From the NCBI GenBank assembly GCA_951406725.2, contig OX597814.1, forward strand, positions 51,894,001-51,958,000: 64,000 bases of DNA, written 5' to 3'. This DNA comes from Octopus vulgaris. Lineage: Eukaryota. Below are positions 1-14,735 of this stretch, piece after piece (within the stretch, counting starts at the first letter, position 1; every line of letters starts with the position of its first letter). The translations under genes were made by a program, and so were the position numbers. The notes under the pieces were generated by a model, which made no database searches, was not told the DNA's origin, and saw only the letters and a program-made list of their open reading frames with translations.

Positions 1-781
1 CTGTTTTGTTGCATGGACTCCACTTGAGAACCATTGACATAAATCAAATAGTTGCGGTTGTTTTGCATCCAGGCTACATTTGATTGTGCAGATCTATTAT
101 CTTAAATGTTCCAGCCACACCACTAATCTATGAGTGGGCTTACAGTATACAATGTGATATTCCATTTTAAAGATGGTCTGGTAGGATTTGAGAAATATTT
201 TATTGTTATTTCTAGCAAGTCAAGTCACTGTATAGAAGCTCCCCCAATGGTTCAAAACAGTAGCAGTTATTTGATATAGTCTTATTTTAAATTTCATTAA
301 TGCTTTTGTTGCAGTTATTGACTAATTATATCTAATTATTCTCATTATATTTGCCCACTTTTCTTTTCCAATAAACATAAGATATTGCTACAAAAATGCA
401 TTTAATATAACAGTAAATAACCACAGAAAACAGTAACAAAAATAATTAAATGGGGCATACAGAAAATAAACATATAAAAATTATTTGAACACACATACAC
501 ATGAATTAGTGTAAAGTAACACATTCATACTTGCACACATACAATTTCATTGTAAAAATACTTCTTTTTTTTTTAGCTAGTGCTAGCACAGAAAAGAAAT
601 ATGCATAAGGCTTAAGCAAAATATGTTTAAAATATGTCTACATCTTGTAATAAATGTTAATTAAAATGTTTCAGAAATAATGCAATCATAAATTATAGTC
701 TCTCATTTAATAGAAATTAATTTTGTTTCACATTAAACAAAGTAAATAAAGGAAAAAATTTAGCTGTTCTTAAAAACATAC

Positions 782-948
782 CAAATCCATTTGGGCAAAT
801 ATTTTCTCAACTCTTTTTTCTGGAGTATCTTCATCTTCCGGTAAATCCATTAAGTTACCCACCATATTATAAATAGCACCTACAATATCAACCATCTCCT
901 TTTTGGTGATATATCCATCGTTGTCAAGATCATACAAGTTGAAAGCCC
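782..948 (-). CDS. NCS1: NCS-1/frequenin-like neuronal calcium sensor, internal coding exon (EF-hand 3 to start of EF-hand 4)
   Basis: Reads (W)[55 protein letters not shown], closely resembling NCS-1 [15 protein letters not shown]...TPEKRVDRIF. Acceptor tttag (950-949), donor gtatgt (from 781). 167 nt, phase-compatible with the 11154-11232 exon. May be a paralog rather than the strict ortholog. Confidence 0.96.
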
Positions 949-2616
949 CTAAATTATAGAAGAAAGAAATATTTTACCAATTTAGCTCAAATAAGAAAAA
1001 TATTCTCCAAAAATCATTTAAAAATGGAGCACATTTTATCAAACATGCTTTAATAAAAGAGCTTCAAATCCTTGATTACCCCCCCCCCCCCCCCACTACC
1101 ACACACCTTATATGGTAATACAGGCAAAGCTATAGTGGAAGTGTCAAAACAACTAAAACATTGTATTCTGGTGTAACAAATATCTGAAAATAAGAAAGGT
1201 ATGCCAACATATTTGAAATGCAAGCTTTTACAATTAAAGCAAAATTAAAACCAGCAACTTGAAACACATTGGTATAATATATGTATGTACAATCATATTT
1301 AACATGTTCATATACACTTGAAAGTGGGAAGAGCTTGTGCTTTGTGGAAATAGTCTCAGGTGTAAGTTCTTTTGTTGTGGAAAGATCATTTGTAGCTCAT
1401 GAAGCTTAAGGAGAATTTTTTCCCAGGACTATATCTGTAGCAAAAGGACATAAATGTGTAAAATATGACTGTACATGCATGTATTTTATTCCATGCAGCT
1501 TTGTGCACCTACAGATAGTTAATTCCAGCTTGACAAAGCTTTGTGCACATGAGAAAATGTACTACTTGCTGTTCTTATATATATAAGATCAACTGTTCTT
1601 ACAGGTCTGTGAAGGACTGAATCAGTATTCATAACTTGAAGGACAATGATGCAGAAATGCATGCATCTTACAATTGGAGGATGTGTGAAAAAGCCTAGTG
1701 ATGTGTTTTCACACATATCAATGAAAAGAATTTTCTGCAGAGACTATTTCCACTGTGAAAGGCCTTCTGACATCCAAGTATACAAGAACATGTTCAATAT
1801 GATTGTACATACATATATTTCATTCAACACTGCTTCATAATCCTCCAGTTAATTAAACATTAATATAATATATACATACAAACATTAAGTGCCAACACTT
1901 ATTAGTGGTTAAGATATTTACTCTTAGATCTCACTATGAGGTACCTTATGTAAGTATCTTCTATTGTAACATTTGCTTTACAAATACCTTGTGAAGAATT
2001 TGGCACTCACACACATGCACTCATATATATGTGTGTGTGTTTATGTTTACTGGTGAATCAAGTTGCATCTCCTCGTCTCAAAAATGTAACTTAGCAACTC
2101 ATTAATTAGAGATCAATAAAATAAGTAGTGAAGTCAATATGACTGGTTATGGCAATCCATCAGCATGGTTGCAGTCCAATGAGAGAAACCAGTAAAAGAA
2201 TACACCATCAATCTCACCAACCATCACCCTTGAAAATATTCCTTAACATCAACACCAGGAAAGACATCAATTCTAGTACTTAAACAATTCAGTTACATGA
2301 GAGCAGATACAACAGTACCACTGTATTTTTATCTTAAGCAAACCCTGTGAACACATCCATGTAATTCATCTAACAAGCTATAATAATTTCTGGCTTGATA
2401 CCCTTTCAGCTCTATAAACTTAATGATCATAGTCACAAGGCAAATAATCCTGCTAGTTCTTTTGCCATCTGGCTGTCTTCATCACATTCTCACACACCAA
2501 TGAATAAAACAAAAATACATTCAGAAACTTCAAAAAAGATCCAGTGGAACCATTTCTACCGAAAGATATATTTACAATTTATAGAATTCAATATTATAAT
2601 CATAAACATAGATACC

Positions 2617-2851
2617 TATTTCTTTACTACCCACAAGGGGCTAAACACAGAGGGGACAAACAAGGACAGACAAACGGATTAAGTCGATTACATCGACCCC
2701 AGTGCATAACTGGTACTTAATTTATCGACCACAAAAGGATGAAAAGCAAAGTCGGCCTCAGCAGAATTTGAACTTAGAATGTAACGGTAGACGAATTACG
2801 GCTATGCATTTCGCCCGGTATGCTAATGTTTCTGCCAGCTTGCCACCTTAT
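2617..2851 (-). mobile_element. tRNA-derived SINE with 17-bp target-site duplication
   Basis: tRNA-like head (ggtggcaagctggcagaaac...gttcaaatt) and a central ttttcatccttttgtggtcgataaattaagtaccag block shared with other copies. TSD tcataaacatagatacc at 2600-2616 and 2852-2868. Confidence 0.85.
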
Positions 2852-3664
2852 TCATAAACATAGATACCACAATGTTTATGTTCAACAAAATCATTGTAGA
2901 AGCATTCAAAATATTTCATAAAGCAACATAAAAAACTACAACCTTAAATACAAGAAATAAAATAGCCGACCTAATAATAACTAGCAACAACCTCATATAA
3001 AACATGCCAACACTATACACAACAGAAATAAAGTTCAACATTAAGAAACTAAACAAGGAAATAAAGAAAATAACCATAGAAATGCAGGACATTTTCTTTT
3101 TTATCTAATATGAATCTCAAAATAAGCAGTAAAATGCGATACAAATTAAATGGCAGCATCAACATATTTAACAATGGCCATACCACATTACATTATAACA
3201 ATAACATCTTCAAAAATAAATGAGTTTAGTTACACTCAAACAACAAGTAAACTCAGTTATTGTACATGTTCTCAAAATCAATAACCAAAAAGAAGACAAC
3301 AAAGAAGATGGAAATGCTAAAGACAACACACACTGTCTACGTAGATCATGACAGAAAAGTAATGAGGAATGTTAAAATCTTAAAAGTACATGGCCTGATA
3401 AAATTGCAAGTATAAATCTCAAACAATTAATGTCTGAAAAACACTATTGTACCAAATAACATCTTCAGGCACACATTGCCAAATCCCCAGTATAAAGAAA
3501 CTGAGTAGAATAAAATTTTAAAGTCTAATGAAATTCAGACTTAAACAGCAACATACAGAACTCATAAACTTCATACAAAACTATGGACATTATACAGCAA
3601 TGACTGCAACACTTCAGGGAATATAACGAGGGAGTCTCTTTGTGGCTGTTCAATCTGCTAGAAA

Positions 3665-3915
3665 TCATCATCGTCATCATCATCGTTTAACGTCCGTTTT
3701 CCATGCTAGCATGGGTCGGACGGTTCGACCGGGGTCTGGGAAGCCAGGGGCTGCACTAGGCTCCAGTCTGATCTGGCAGTGCTTCTACAGCTGGATGCCC
3801 TTCCTAACACCAACCAGTTCATGAGTGTAGTGAGTGCTTTTTACGTGCCAGGGGAGGCTGGCAGCAGCCACAATCGGTTGGTGCTTTTTATGTGCCACCG
3901 GCACAGAAGCCAGTC
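3665..3915 (-). mobile_element. 3' end fragment of RTE LINE, (GAT)n tail
   Basis: Reverse complement matches the 3' UTR and tail of the RTE at 31890-32230 (acccatgctagcatggaaaacggacgttaaacgatgatg). It interrupts an older repeat continuing at about 3625-3663 and 3916-4090. Confidence 0.85.
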
Positions 3916-6367
3916 AATAGTGGTGCAAATTTCTCTCAAATCACACCCACACCTAACCATCATATAAAAGAAAAATTAAATTGGATATTAGGTGTCTGAA
4001 AAACAGAAAAGAGAGGATGGTCATGCTAGAATATTTTTGATCATAAGTCTGATCAACCAGAGCCTGCCTAGTGCAAAACAACAACACTATTAAACTCAAA
4101 TAACAAAAACTACGCATACACTAAAAATTTTCTATGACTTAACCTTTATCACCAACTCCCATATTCTCCTTTCTTATTTATAAAGGAAGTCAGACAACTA
4201 CAGTTAATCAGTGCATTCATCACAAATCTCATTCAAATGAAATACAACAAAATCCTCCAACATACATCCTTCTAGCTATCACACCAGGAATGCTTTTTCA
4301 CACAGCTCAACTTTTAGTTATCAACAAAGAAATACAAAATTCTGGTTAGCAAACTACCTCTCAAAAGTACAATAACATCATAACTATAACCTGTAATTTC
4401 TAAATGGATTACCGAAAGGATCCACTTTTTCTTTTATTCTTTAACTTAAACATTCACGAACAGATGACATTCCCATGAAAGAAACAGATTCCTAAAACAT
4501 TACTTGTACTTCTTCCCACTGTTTTTCAGGAATAGGTGCACAACTACTCAAACACTATATCAGCTCCTTAGAAAACTGATTTCAGTAAAACTAAAAATAG
4601 CATCTAGTAAGTCTTCTCTTTATAAAAGTAACAAAAGAATACAAGATATAACAAATTTTCATATACAATACAGCAACTCATTAGAAAGAGGGGTGAGTGG
4701 GAAGGAAGAAAGAAAGAGAAAACAGAGAAAGAAAAAGAGATGAGAGAAAGCAACAACAATACTAAGGACTACCTGCAATGCTCAACAATAATCACAACAT
4801 ACATAGAAGATATAGTGAAAAAAAAAGCATAAATGAAATCATTTCATGAACACTCCAGCCTCTTAGCCAGATACATACTATCTCTTCTCTCTTTTCCTTT
4901 TCTATTGTAAAACAGTAGTTTCACCAGCTCAGACTTGGCTGATCTGATGCTACCTCTACTTGGGCACTTCTGAATCACTTACCACCCTTATAGTGTCCAC
5001 TCCCTACCCATTCCAGATCCCTCACTAACCACTATGATCAGTCCGTTTTCATTAGAACATTGGCTCATTGGCATTATGTTCCTGTCCATGGTTTTTCTGC
5101 AGCTATTGATTTGCAATAATTCAAGTACATATATTGCATTGACTACACCAGTCTTAAAGAATCTATGAAGTCTGTAAATACAACCCTTACTCTCCACTAA
5201 ATCAATAATAATAATAAAAAGGAACTCTGACAGGCCCACATTTTTCTGATACAAAAAAAGAAGACAAAGTGCAAAACAACATATTAAATCCATCAATGAT
5301 TATGCTGCTACTATCTCTCCATACAAAATCATAACATATCAAGAATATAAAATAGCACATTTTGCATCATCATAGTCTACACACAGACTGTATCCATTCA
5401 GTACAATCTATACAGTGAAACACAAAACAAAGAAATAAAGACTACCTGGATATTTGAGAAGGAAAGTATCTTGTCATAACAAGCTCCAACTCACACAGTC
5501 CCTCTCATTATATAATAAATGTTCTTCAAATATGTAGAAATATCTACAATACCATCCCAAGAATAATATTCTTCCAACTTGATTTACACAAACACAAAAA
5601 TAATTGCATCAATAAGCTCTAAACATTATAGAAGGGCAACTGTTGCATGCTGAAAAAGTCTACCTTGTGCATCTCTAATATGGCCTCAATGATGGAGTCT
5701 CCAAGTAGTTACTCTATCAGCTATAACTGAAAACCAAATTTCGAAATATTGCTTTACTGCCTTAAGAGTGGATAAATACCCCAGCTAAAGTAATTTTGAA
5801 CATCCCAGGAAAACTGGAACAGTTAGATTGCTGGTTAAACAATAGATGTTTATCACAGAGATATATTTTTTCAACACATGTGAATGCCATTAGAAAGCAA
5901 TAACTCTGTATGATATAAGCTCTGATCCATGAAAAAAGAAGTGCTTTTCAAATTACTTACACAAATGCGATCAAACAATATCATTTACAAAAATTCTACA
6001 TAAATACACTAGATTTCACAAATAATCATAAAAGCATAATGCACTGTTATTCCTAATGTCAGAACTCCACTTGATACAATTTAAGAATCTTGATGCTTCA
6101 CATACATAAGTAGATCTTATTAAAAAATATCTTTATGGAGCTAAAAAATATCATGCACAACTTCCATGTTGCAATAATTAAGGAAAAAATTTTCATTTAC
6201 AAGAGACCACATTTCCAAAGAGATTGGACAGACCTTATCACAAGGGAGAAGGCTTCATAACATAGATTTAAAAAAAACAAAAAAAACATGATGCAACCAT
6301 TACATATATACCAAAAGTGATATTCAAAATGTAATAGGACATTCAACACACTAGAAATGTAGACAAT

Positions 6368-6535
6368 CATCATCATAATCATTTAATGTCTGTTTTCCAT
6401 GCAGGCATGGACAGTTTGACCAGAACTGGCAAGCTGGAGAGATGTACCAGGCTCCAGTTTGATTTAACTTGGTTTCTACAGCTGGGCACCCTTCCTAATG
6501 CCAACCACTTTACAGAGTATGATGGGTGCTTTTTA
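6368..6535 (-). mobile_element. Diverged RTE 3' end fragment
   Basis: catcat tail, ttttccatgc, cttcctaatgccaaccact motifs as in other copies. Confidence 0.75.
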
Positions 6536-7671
6536 CAAAGCACATTAACATATATCACACCTCATCAGCCATTCCACTAGGTTACACATCTTAACTACAA
6601 CACCTTAACACTCTCATAAACAGTATAATTGAAGAATAACTTAATGCACATAACTTATTCTGGTTTTCTGAAAATATCAATAATAATTTGAGAAGCAATA
6701 ACATCACAAATTATCTTCACATCCAAAACAGGCCACACACTACACCAGCCAGCTACCATAATTTATCAACAGACATCACTTTCTGCTCCACACACCTAAC
6801 TACCACTAACCTTTGGCAAACAATCCTATTACCCTGAGACTACCTGCCACATATCAAAACACACACACACACACACACACACACATCAATGAGCAAAAAG
6901 AAAACACTTTTCACAAACTAAAAAGAATTAAAAATACCAGTGGAACCAGTTCCACCAGGAAATAGAATCAAAACTTTCAGAATTCAATAACTCCAGACCA
7001 CAAACACCAATTCAGTGAATTATAAATGCTTCTATAAAGCATATTTCGCAAGGCAACATAAAAAAATAAAACCCCAGTTATTCAACAAAAAAATAACCAT
7101 CTCTATAAAAAGTAGGGTCAACTTCAAATTCTATACCCCAACATTGCACACAAAAGAAGTAAAATTCAGCATTAAATAGCTAAAAAAGAAAATAACAAAA
7201 AAAAGTAACCATAAAAATACAAAAAGACACAAACTAGTAAACATTTGTATTTAACAAACCACAAAACAACTGGTAGAATACTATATAGAGTAATTAGCAT
7301 CATCAACAACAATGACTACATCACACTCCATGTCACAGTAACAATCACGATAACAAGCAATCATTTCTTGAATATCAACCACTAAAATCAAGTGCACGAT
7401 AACAAAAGTTATGTATTTTCAACCTTGATTATTATTTTGATCCTTTCTATCAAACTCACCCCAAAAGCAATTAGGAAATCTAAAAACTCAAATGCCTTTA
7501 GGCTTTGTGAAATTACAGACAAACCATATAAAATACCTATGGCCTGAAGAAATCAATGCATTCATCAACATTTACAACTACTTGTACCGACACTGTTAAA
7601 TTATGGAAATGTGAAAGCCAGGCAAAAATCATAGTTCTAAAGCTCAACACAATTTTAAAAAGCCCAACCCT

Positions 7672-7711
<40 letters not shown>

Positions 7712-8072
7712 CCTCTCCAAATCACAACATTTGACCACTACACTCACATGTACCAAGCAGAAAAGATACTTGATGGTTGCAACAACAATAACAAAAAAAA
7801 AAAAAAAATTCTTCCTATATACACCATTCTAACTACTATAGACATACATAAACACTTTCACCCATTGCCTTCTATCTACTTATACACAAAATACTCAACA
7901 ATTCCTTAAGAAACAAATCAAAACACTGGCTAATAAATTACCACACATATATAAATCACAAAAACAACACTTCTAAAGCTTGTAATTTCTCAAACGGTGT
8001 ATCACTCATTTCAGTCTATACAATCTTTCTGTACTTCCTTAAACATACACACAGCCTGAAATACAGATGACA

Positions 8073-8196
8073 GCACACTCACACTTAGCTACTTTTCCTC
8101 CTGACACAACTGCACAACTTGAAATCTACATCAGGCACACTCACACTTAGCTACTTTTCCTCCTGACACAACTGCACAACTTGAAATCTACATCAG
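8073..8196. repeat. Perfect 62-bp tandem duplication
   Basis: gcacactcacacttagctacttttcctcctgacacaactgcacaacttgaaatctacatcag at 8073-8134 and 8135-8196. Confidence 0.95.
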
Positions 8197-9539
8197 TCAC
8201 CTAGAAACCTGGCTCCAAAACAGATTTTAAGTAGCATCAACCAAATCCTCTTTCTCTCTTCTAACCAGCAACACCATCAAACACAAGCAACTGTAACATC
8301 CAACAACATAAACACACACACGTAAGACAAAAATATTATGAGTTACATAAAACACAACCACAACATTCATAATGCATAGCAGTAAAGAAAGTAAAATGAT
8401 GCACAAACATGCCAATAACACTCACAGGTATCACATTTGTTCAATAAACAATAACAATAAGAGCCATTGTGGGCTATATTTGTCCTACTATTACCCCAAT
8501 GTCTCCACAACTCCTCACTATAAAATACTAACAGCACACTGTGCACCATTGCAGGTTGTACTCGGATCAGACTCATAAACAGCCTACTCAACAAAACAAA
8601 AAAAAATACTAGAAATAAAAAAAAAACTGCTTAGGTATTCAAGGAACACAATTTGTTGTCATGAGCTTCAATAACCACAGCCCTTGTTACTATATGAAAA
8701 AGAAAACACTCTCTATTACCAAAACATAATATTTTAGGGCATTACTATAACAAATTCCTAAAAATACAATCTCTCTTGCTTAGACCAGATAAGCAACAGA
8801 AACTCATTCAAACAGAAATAATTGCAATATCAATAACTCCACAAAGTCTGTACAAGCTTTTACATTACTAATAATAAATCCAGATAAGTAGCAACTGTTG
8901 CACTCTGAATAACTCCAGCTTGCTGGCATCAACTATAGCCACTGCAAAAATCTACAGGATGCAGAAATAGACTGGATAGTGGATAGAGTACATGTCCATA
9001 TTGTCACATTACACCCTATATGATTCATTATTATATATCAGAGTGTGCAGCATGGTTATCAGCAAGACGGAGGCATGATATAATTAGAGCATCAGATCCA
9101 TGGGTCATGCATAGTTATTTAACTGCCTATGGGTTACATAGTAACAAGGATATAGAAACAGACTAGACAATGACAGAATAGCAATAAGGCCAACCTGTTA
9201 AAATTATCTCCTAGTAAACAACTGTATGATGGATAAACAATGTAATCCTCAACCAGATGGAGGTATCATCTATTCAGAGTGTTGGATCTATGGGCTGCAA
9301 CTAGCATTTCAACTAACTACCTCTGTGTTGTAAACCTACTAACTCAGAGTTCACTGGAGTTATACAACAACAGTAAAATGGTGAAGAAAAAATGAAAATG
9401 TTCAAACTAAAGAGATTACAATTCCTGAGGGTTTGAATATTTTAATGCACTTAATGGTATTTATAATCTCAAATCTAAAGCAATGGTAAAATTTTGTTGG
9501 GTATTGGTATGGGTATAAGAACAGCTGTGGGTATGGGTA

Positions 9540-9930
9540 CAGGTATGGCTATGTGAAGTTTATTTCTTAACCACATAGATTTGGGTTCAGTCCTACTACA
9601 CAATACCTTGCACAAGTTTTCTACTATAGTTCCAAGCCAACCAAAGTAAATCTTGGCAGATGGAAACTGAAAGAAGCTTGTTGTATAAATATGTGTTTGT
9701 CTGTGTGTATGTTACTGACTCCTTGCCTTGTCATCACATGATAGTTGTGAGAGTCACCATTATGCACCCGGTGTTCTTCATTTCCCCTCATGGGAAAATA
9801 TTAACTTACTTGGAAACAGAAAAGGGTTGGCAACAGGAAAAGAATCTGGCTGTAGAAAATCTGTCTCAACAAATTCTGTCCAACCCATGCAAGCCTGGAA
9901 AAATGGATGTTAAGACAATGATGACGATAG
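9540..9930 (+). mobile_element. tRNA-derived CORE-type SINE with RTE-like 3' tail
   Basis: ggttcagtcc B-box region, accttg(g)caagt..tctactatag CORE-like block, (TG)n spacer, ends acccatgcaagcctggaaaaatggatgttaagacaatgatgacga like the RTE 3' end. Confidence 0.7.
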
Positions 9931-11153
9931 TAATAATTGAAGCAGACTTTCACCATCCTTGTAGCATCTCGCCTTTTCCAGATAAATATGTTGCCAATCT
10001 TTTCTATCCAGAATTGCAACATTCTGGAACTTCCTCTCTGCTCATCTCATTGCAGTTGTTGTTTAGCTCTAGTTCAGCACTGGCTGAGTAGACCTATGAC
10101 CGAAGGCATTCAGACAATGACCAAACTCTCTCTTTTTAGTTATAGTGTATTTAAGATTGCATTATCCAGTAACTTCTTATTGCAAAATTGTAGGGTGTAA
10201 TTTGAAGGAGATTTCACTGCTATTTCAAGCAAGGTAAGCAATTATTTAGAGATTCCTTAGCTGGTTTTAATTATACTTTTCCAAATTAAACATCAACATC
10301 TCTAGTAACTGAAGAATTCATGAGTTAAATGTGAATCCTACACCTTCTATTCAGAATAAATAAATAGAATGTGAATCTATCGCTATACTAGATGTCCCCA
10401 AACTATAACTATGTACTCTATGTAAATAACTTTCTTTGCAAGCTCAAACTAGATATAATTATGTCCATAGAATATTTACAGTTTGTATGTGAATGACTTA
10501 GTCTGGAGAAACATTGCAGTAAATAGTTAATGATTTGTCTTTTATCCTCGGGTTATTTCTGATTTATAATTACTACTTTAGTATTAAACATAGTTAATGT
10601 GATGCTTCAATGACAGCACATTCAGTTTCTCACAGGATACATCTTTTATATGTAATACATCAATCAACTAATTGACTTTGATATGGTATTCATAGATTTA
10701 GACCACTTCCTTGTGTTTTATATTTCTAGTAGACAGATGGATGTTAGTTACAATAGTATACTATATTCTAGTTAAACATCTGCAATAGTTTATAGAAGAT
10801 GTAAACAAAACTGGCAACTGAATTCTTTATTCACCAACACAAATAATAAATAGAACATTTCTAATATTTGGTAAGGAAGGTGAGTTCTGATGGGGTGAGG
10901 GTCGGTCAATTTTAATAGATTTCTTAATAGACCATATCACTGGAATTATGTAATTCAATTGATTTAAATATTTTGTATTTTATATAAATGGTCAAAAGAA
11001 AATATTTTGTATATTTCAGTTTAACCAATTTAAGATGAAATCTAAAGTTTAAAATTTGAAAAAAAAATTTAATTTAAAATTATAAATGAGTATGCTATAA
11101 CTCCCTTGTATCCATTACTAAATAAGTAAAAACAAAAAAAGACAAAAACTTAC

Positions 11154-11232
11154 AGTCAAGTTTTTCGTCCAAGGATCCTCGGGAAGTGATGGAGAGAGCT
11201 CGAATGAACTCATTGAAAGTAATAAATCCATC
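11154..11232 (-). CDS. NCS1: NCS-1-like coding exon (EF-hand 2 second half)
   Basis: Reads DGFITFNEFIRALSITSRGSLDEKLD plus T of a split Trp codon. Acceptor ttgcag, donor gtaagt, 79 nt. Completes the canonical EF-2 loop DDNKDGFITFNE. Confidence 0.96.
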
Positions 11233-13409
11233 CTGCAATGAAGTTCAGACAATACCAAAAAAATCATGAATTTTAATGCTCAGGTTTGGAGGAATTATAT
11301 CAAATGAGAAAATATATCAAATATATAGGCTTGAGAAGTTTCCTCTTTATAGACTAAATCTTAAATCCCTCAAATCCATTCAATAAGTACTTTTCTTCTT
11401 ATTTTTCATTTTATGGACTTAAACTCAAGTTTACTGGCAAGAAAATGATTTATTTTGATTGTGGTACCACAACAAGGCCATGGCTTACTCTACCACCTGC
11501 TCCTTGAATTAACTCTGTTGCAACTATTTCTTCTACAATCACATTTCTGCCCCCATTGACCTGCACATCATCAGGTTAGGTATTAGCCACATTAGTCCCA
11601 TCAATAGAGGAAACATTCAATCAATATATATGAATAAGCTTTATCTTTTTTTAATTAATTTATTTCCTTAAACTATAAAACACATATCTACCAAATGTAT
11701 TACAAGACAGTAAACAAGCAAAATTCAATTATATTTAAAATCACTGTTTTAATTAACCCATTAGCACCCATGGTCTTTTTTAGGACCAGAAGGACAATCC
11801 ATCATATTTCTGCAACACCTGTATTTTTCTGAGATATCTTTAGTTAGTCATCAAGACTGGAGTGTCTTTCAAATATTGTAATAAAAGTATTTTATATATT
11901 TAGTATCAGATAAAGTTGTATAAAAAAAGATTTTAGGTTATAAATTAAATTAAAAAAAAATTGGACACTATATGGCAAAAGAATTTTTGAAACTCTTTGC
12001 TTGTGTTTAATATACTAACATGTTTTCAAATATGCTGATTTATACCATGGAATTTCTAAAGGTCTTGCGATTTAGATATAAATGTTTAAAGAGAACCTTT
12101 AAGCAATGCTGGTGAAAAGTCAGGCAAAATATGATGTACATAAGTAAAAAACAAAGACAAGATATTGTTTAACCATATTATTGATAAGCCATTCTCACCT
12201 ATCATAATAACACTTTCTCTGAGCACTTGGATTATTTTTTATCTTATATTTTGGGAAAGATTCTCCCTTTCAGCTATAACAAAAAGTATTAAACAACCTA
12301 TGTAAGATAATACAGTATCATGTTTTAGTTCTTATTTATTGGTATCACCTTACATATTTTGCTTAAATTCTTACCCTCATTGCTTAAAAGGTTATTTCTT
12401 AAGCATATCATTTACTCCTTGCAATACTTCAAACAAATTGCGATATCCTTTCAAAGCATCGGAATGTCATTAAAATAAAATTCTAGTATTCAAATTTGAT
12501 GAAGTAAAATTATTCCAATAAACTAAAACAGAATAAGGAATTTTTTCTTGAAATAAAGTTCTTTTCTGTAAAGGGAGAAAAAGTTTTCAACTTCACTTGA
12601 TATGTTATTTGGCACTTGTTCAAGAACTAGAGGGATGAATGATGTTGACAGATTTGAACTCAAAACTGTAAAATAAAATAGAGTGGCTATCAACATTCTA
12701 CACTCACTGCAATATACAAAGCCTTGATAAAATAATGATTTCATTTCAGCATCCCAACAGCAATATATTTAAGATACATATTCTTCAGATTCATATCATA
12801 TATCTAAGCAAACCACACTTATTTCTAGTCTGTACAGCTCCTGAATATAGAGAATTATGGTATTATCACCATGCATAATACAAGTTTTTATATACAGAAA
12901 GAAATTTAGAATTATCAATACAGACAGTCACTTTCAGTGTATCTACAGAATTCAGCTGCTAAAATAACATTGTGAGTTTATCAACAGACACAAAATCATC
13001 TGAATAGCAAAACTTATCTTCTACCTTCCTTGATCATTGGTGATCTAGCCTTGGGTATGAAATGTATAAGCTGGATGTACTACCATCCTGTCATGAAAGT
13101 CATTATTCTACTTCTTGTTAGTTTAATCACTACAAAGGAGAGACGTCATATTAAGACGTTAATATAAAGAAAGATGTCATCTTTATCTCTTGCAGCAATG
13201 ACAGGAATCACACAAAATATGTTCAAATATATTCAGCTAGCTCAAAGAGTCAAATAACTGAATGAATCTATGCAAGAAACATTGGGTGAAAAATTAATTT
13301 CATAAAAGATACTGAATAATAAAAAGAACTAAATTTAGAATATACTATTGTGAAGATAGTTCGTCTATTTATCTTCCTATCTATATCTGTAAATTTCAAT
13401 TATATATGT

Positions 13410-13600
13410 CATTTAACATTTGCTGGCATGGGTTGGAGAGTTTGACAGAATTTGACAAATTAGAGGACTACATTGTGCACTAATGTCTGCTTTAGCATGG
13501 CTTCTGTAGTTACTCTTCTTAATGCCAACCACTTTACAAAGTATAGTGGGTGCTTTTCTTGTGGCACCAACACTGGTGAGGTTGGCTCACAACTTGCAAG
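13410..13600 (-). mobile_element. Diverged RTE 3' end fragment
   Basis: gctggcatgggttgga...cttaatgccaaccactttaca...gggtgctttt. Confidence 0.65.
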
Positions 13601-13739
13601 TCTCCAATAAAAGAACTCCTGTAATTGAAAGAAACTAGCCGGAAGAGAATGGGTAGTAGAGTAAAAAAATAACAAAGCAGACACTATTAGAGGAGAGAGT
13701 ATGAATAGAACAGGGAACAAATTAGTGTCTCAGGGTTAG

Positions 13740-14240
13740 TGAGAAAGGGTAAGATAGGGTGCTAAGGGTGATAAAATGGGTTGTGTAGGTTCCAGGACCA
13801 TCCCATACTATAATGACAAGTATAAATGGAATTTGTGCGGAAAAGGGAACTTGAAAGAGATAGAGCAGATGGTGAGGATCTGGAGAGAGCCAGCAAAGGA
13901 TGAGAGATGTAGGGTTTGTGGGGGAAAGTCAGAAATGAATAGATAAGAGGGTCTTGAGGTGGTGGGGAAGCAAAAGGAGAGAGAGTAAAAGAAAATGAGG
14001 CAGAGAGTGGGGGAGCAATGAGTGAACACAGCAAGAACAGGGAGAAAAGAAGCTGGAGGGTAACATAGAGGTGGGAGGGAGTAGATGGTGAAAGTAGTGA
14101 GGTAACAAGAGAGGATGGAGGGAGGAGAGCACCATAGAGGTGGAGTAGGAGCAGAAGATGAAAGCAGTGAAAGCATTCCCAGGAAGAAAGGCTGAGGAGA
14201 GAAGACAGTAAAAGACAGGTAGGGGAGGAGTAGTAAGTGA
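13740..14240. repeat. Purine-rich low-complexity tract
   Basis: G/A-dominated plus strand; explains the Leu/Ser/Pro-rich minus-strand ORFs. Confidence 0.75.
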
Positions 14241-14249
14241 ATTGCAGCA

Positions 14250-14735
14250 AGGGCATCCCAGCCATCAACATTCCTCTTCTAAGCATTCTTTCTACCATGC
14301 TTGCCTGAGAGATCGGGGTTTTTTTTCCTCAGAATTGTGACTCCAGTTGTTGAGTTACTCATCTTTTTAGCTCTTTTTGTGGGGTTCAGTTTCTCATGAT
14401 CAGATTTCACAGTTTCATTCCATGTATTTCTAGGATTTCCTCTTCCACAGGCACCAGTCACTTTGATTACGCAGCACTGTTTTATGCTGCTTTTCTCTTC
14501 TATACACATCACTTGCCCATATCAATGGAGTTTTCTCTCCTGCAATCTACATCTGATACCTCTTATAAATAGCTTTTCTCTAATTTGTACTGCATCTTTC
14601 ATGCACTTTGACATCATACATCCAGCAAAGCATTCTTGCCTCATTTCTTTCAACTCTTCGCAGATCTTCAGCATTCAAGTCTCAGGTTCACTGTCCTTTG
14701 CACACAAGCATCATGTAATATGCGCTTCACTCTGA
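14250..14735 (-). mobile_element. Old RTE LINE ORF2 C-terminal fragment
   Basis: GACGRGNPRNTWNETVKSD resembles the RTE C-terminal GRGRPRKTW motif seen at 31299-31760. Confidence 0.75.

Larger units (their letters stand above)
2150..8900 (+). mobile_element. Highly decayed non-LTR retrotransposon relics (at least two diverged copies)
   Basis: Strongly A/C-skewed tract. About 2540-3200 and 6935-7350 share colinear diverged blocks (ccagtggaacca..., aagcaacataaaaaa, aaagttcaacattaa/aaaattcagcattaa). RT-like remnants WKCESQAKIIVLK and TIDIHKHF occur in ORF 7556-7909. Boundaries approximate. Confidence 0.5.

Noticed and set aside
13762-14298. 178-aa Leu/Ser/Pro-rich ORF and overlapping ORFs
   Set aside because: Product of a purine-rich low-complexity tract read on the pyrimidine strand; no domain features.
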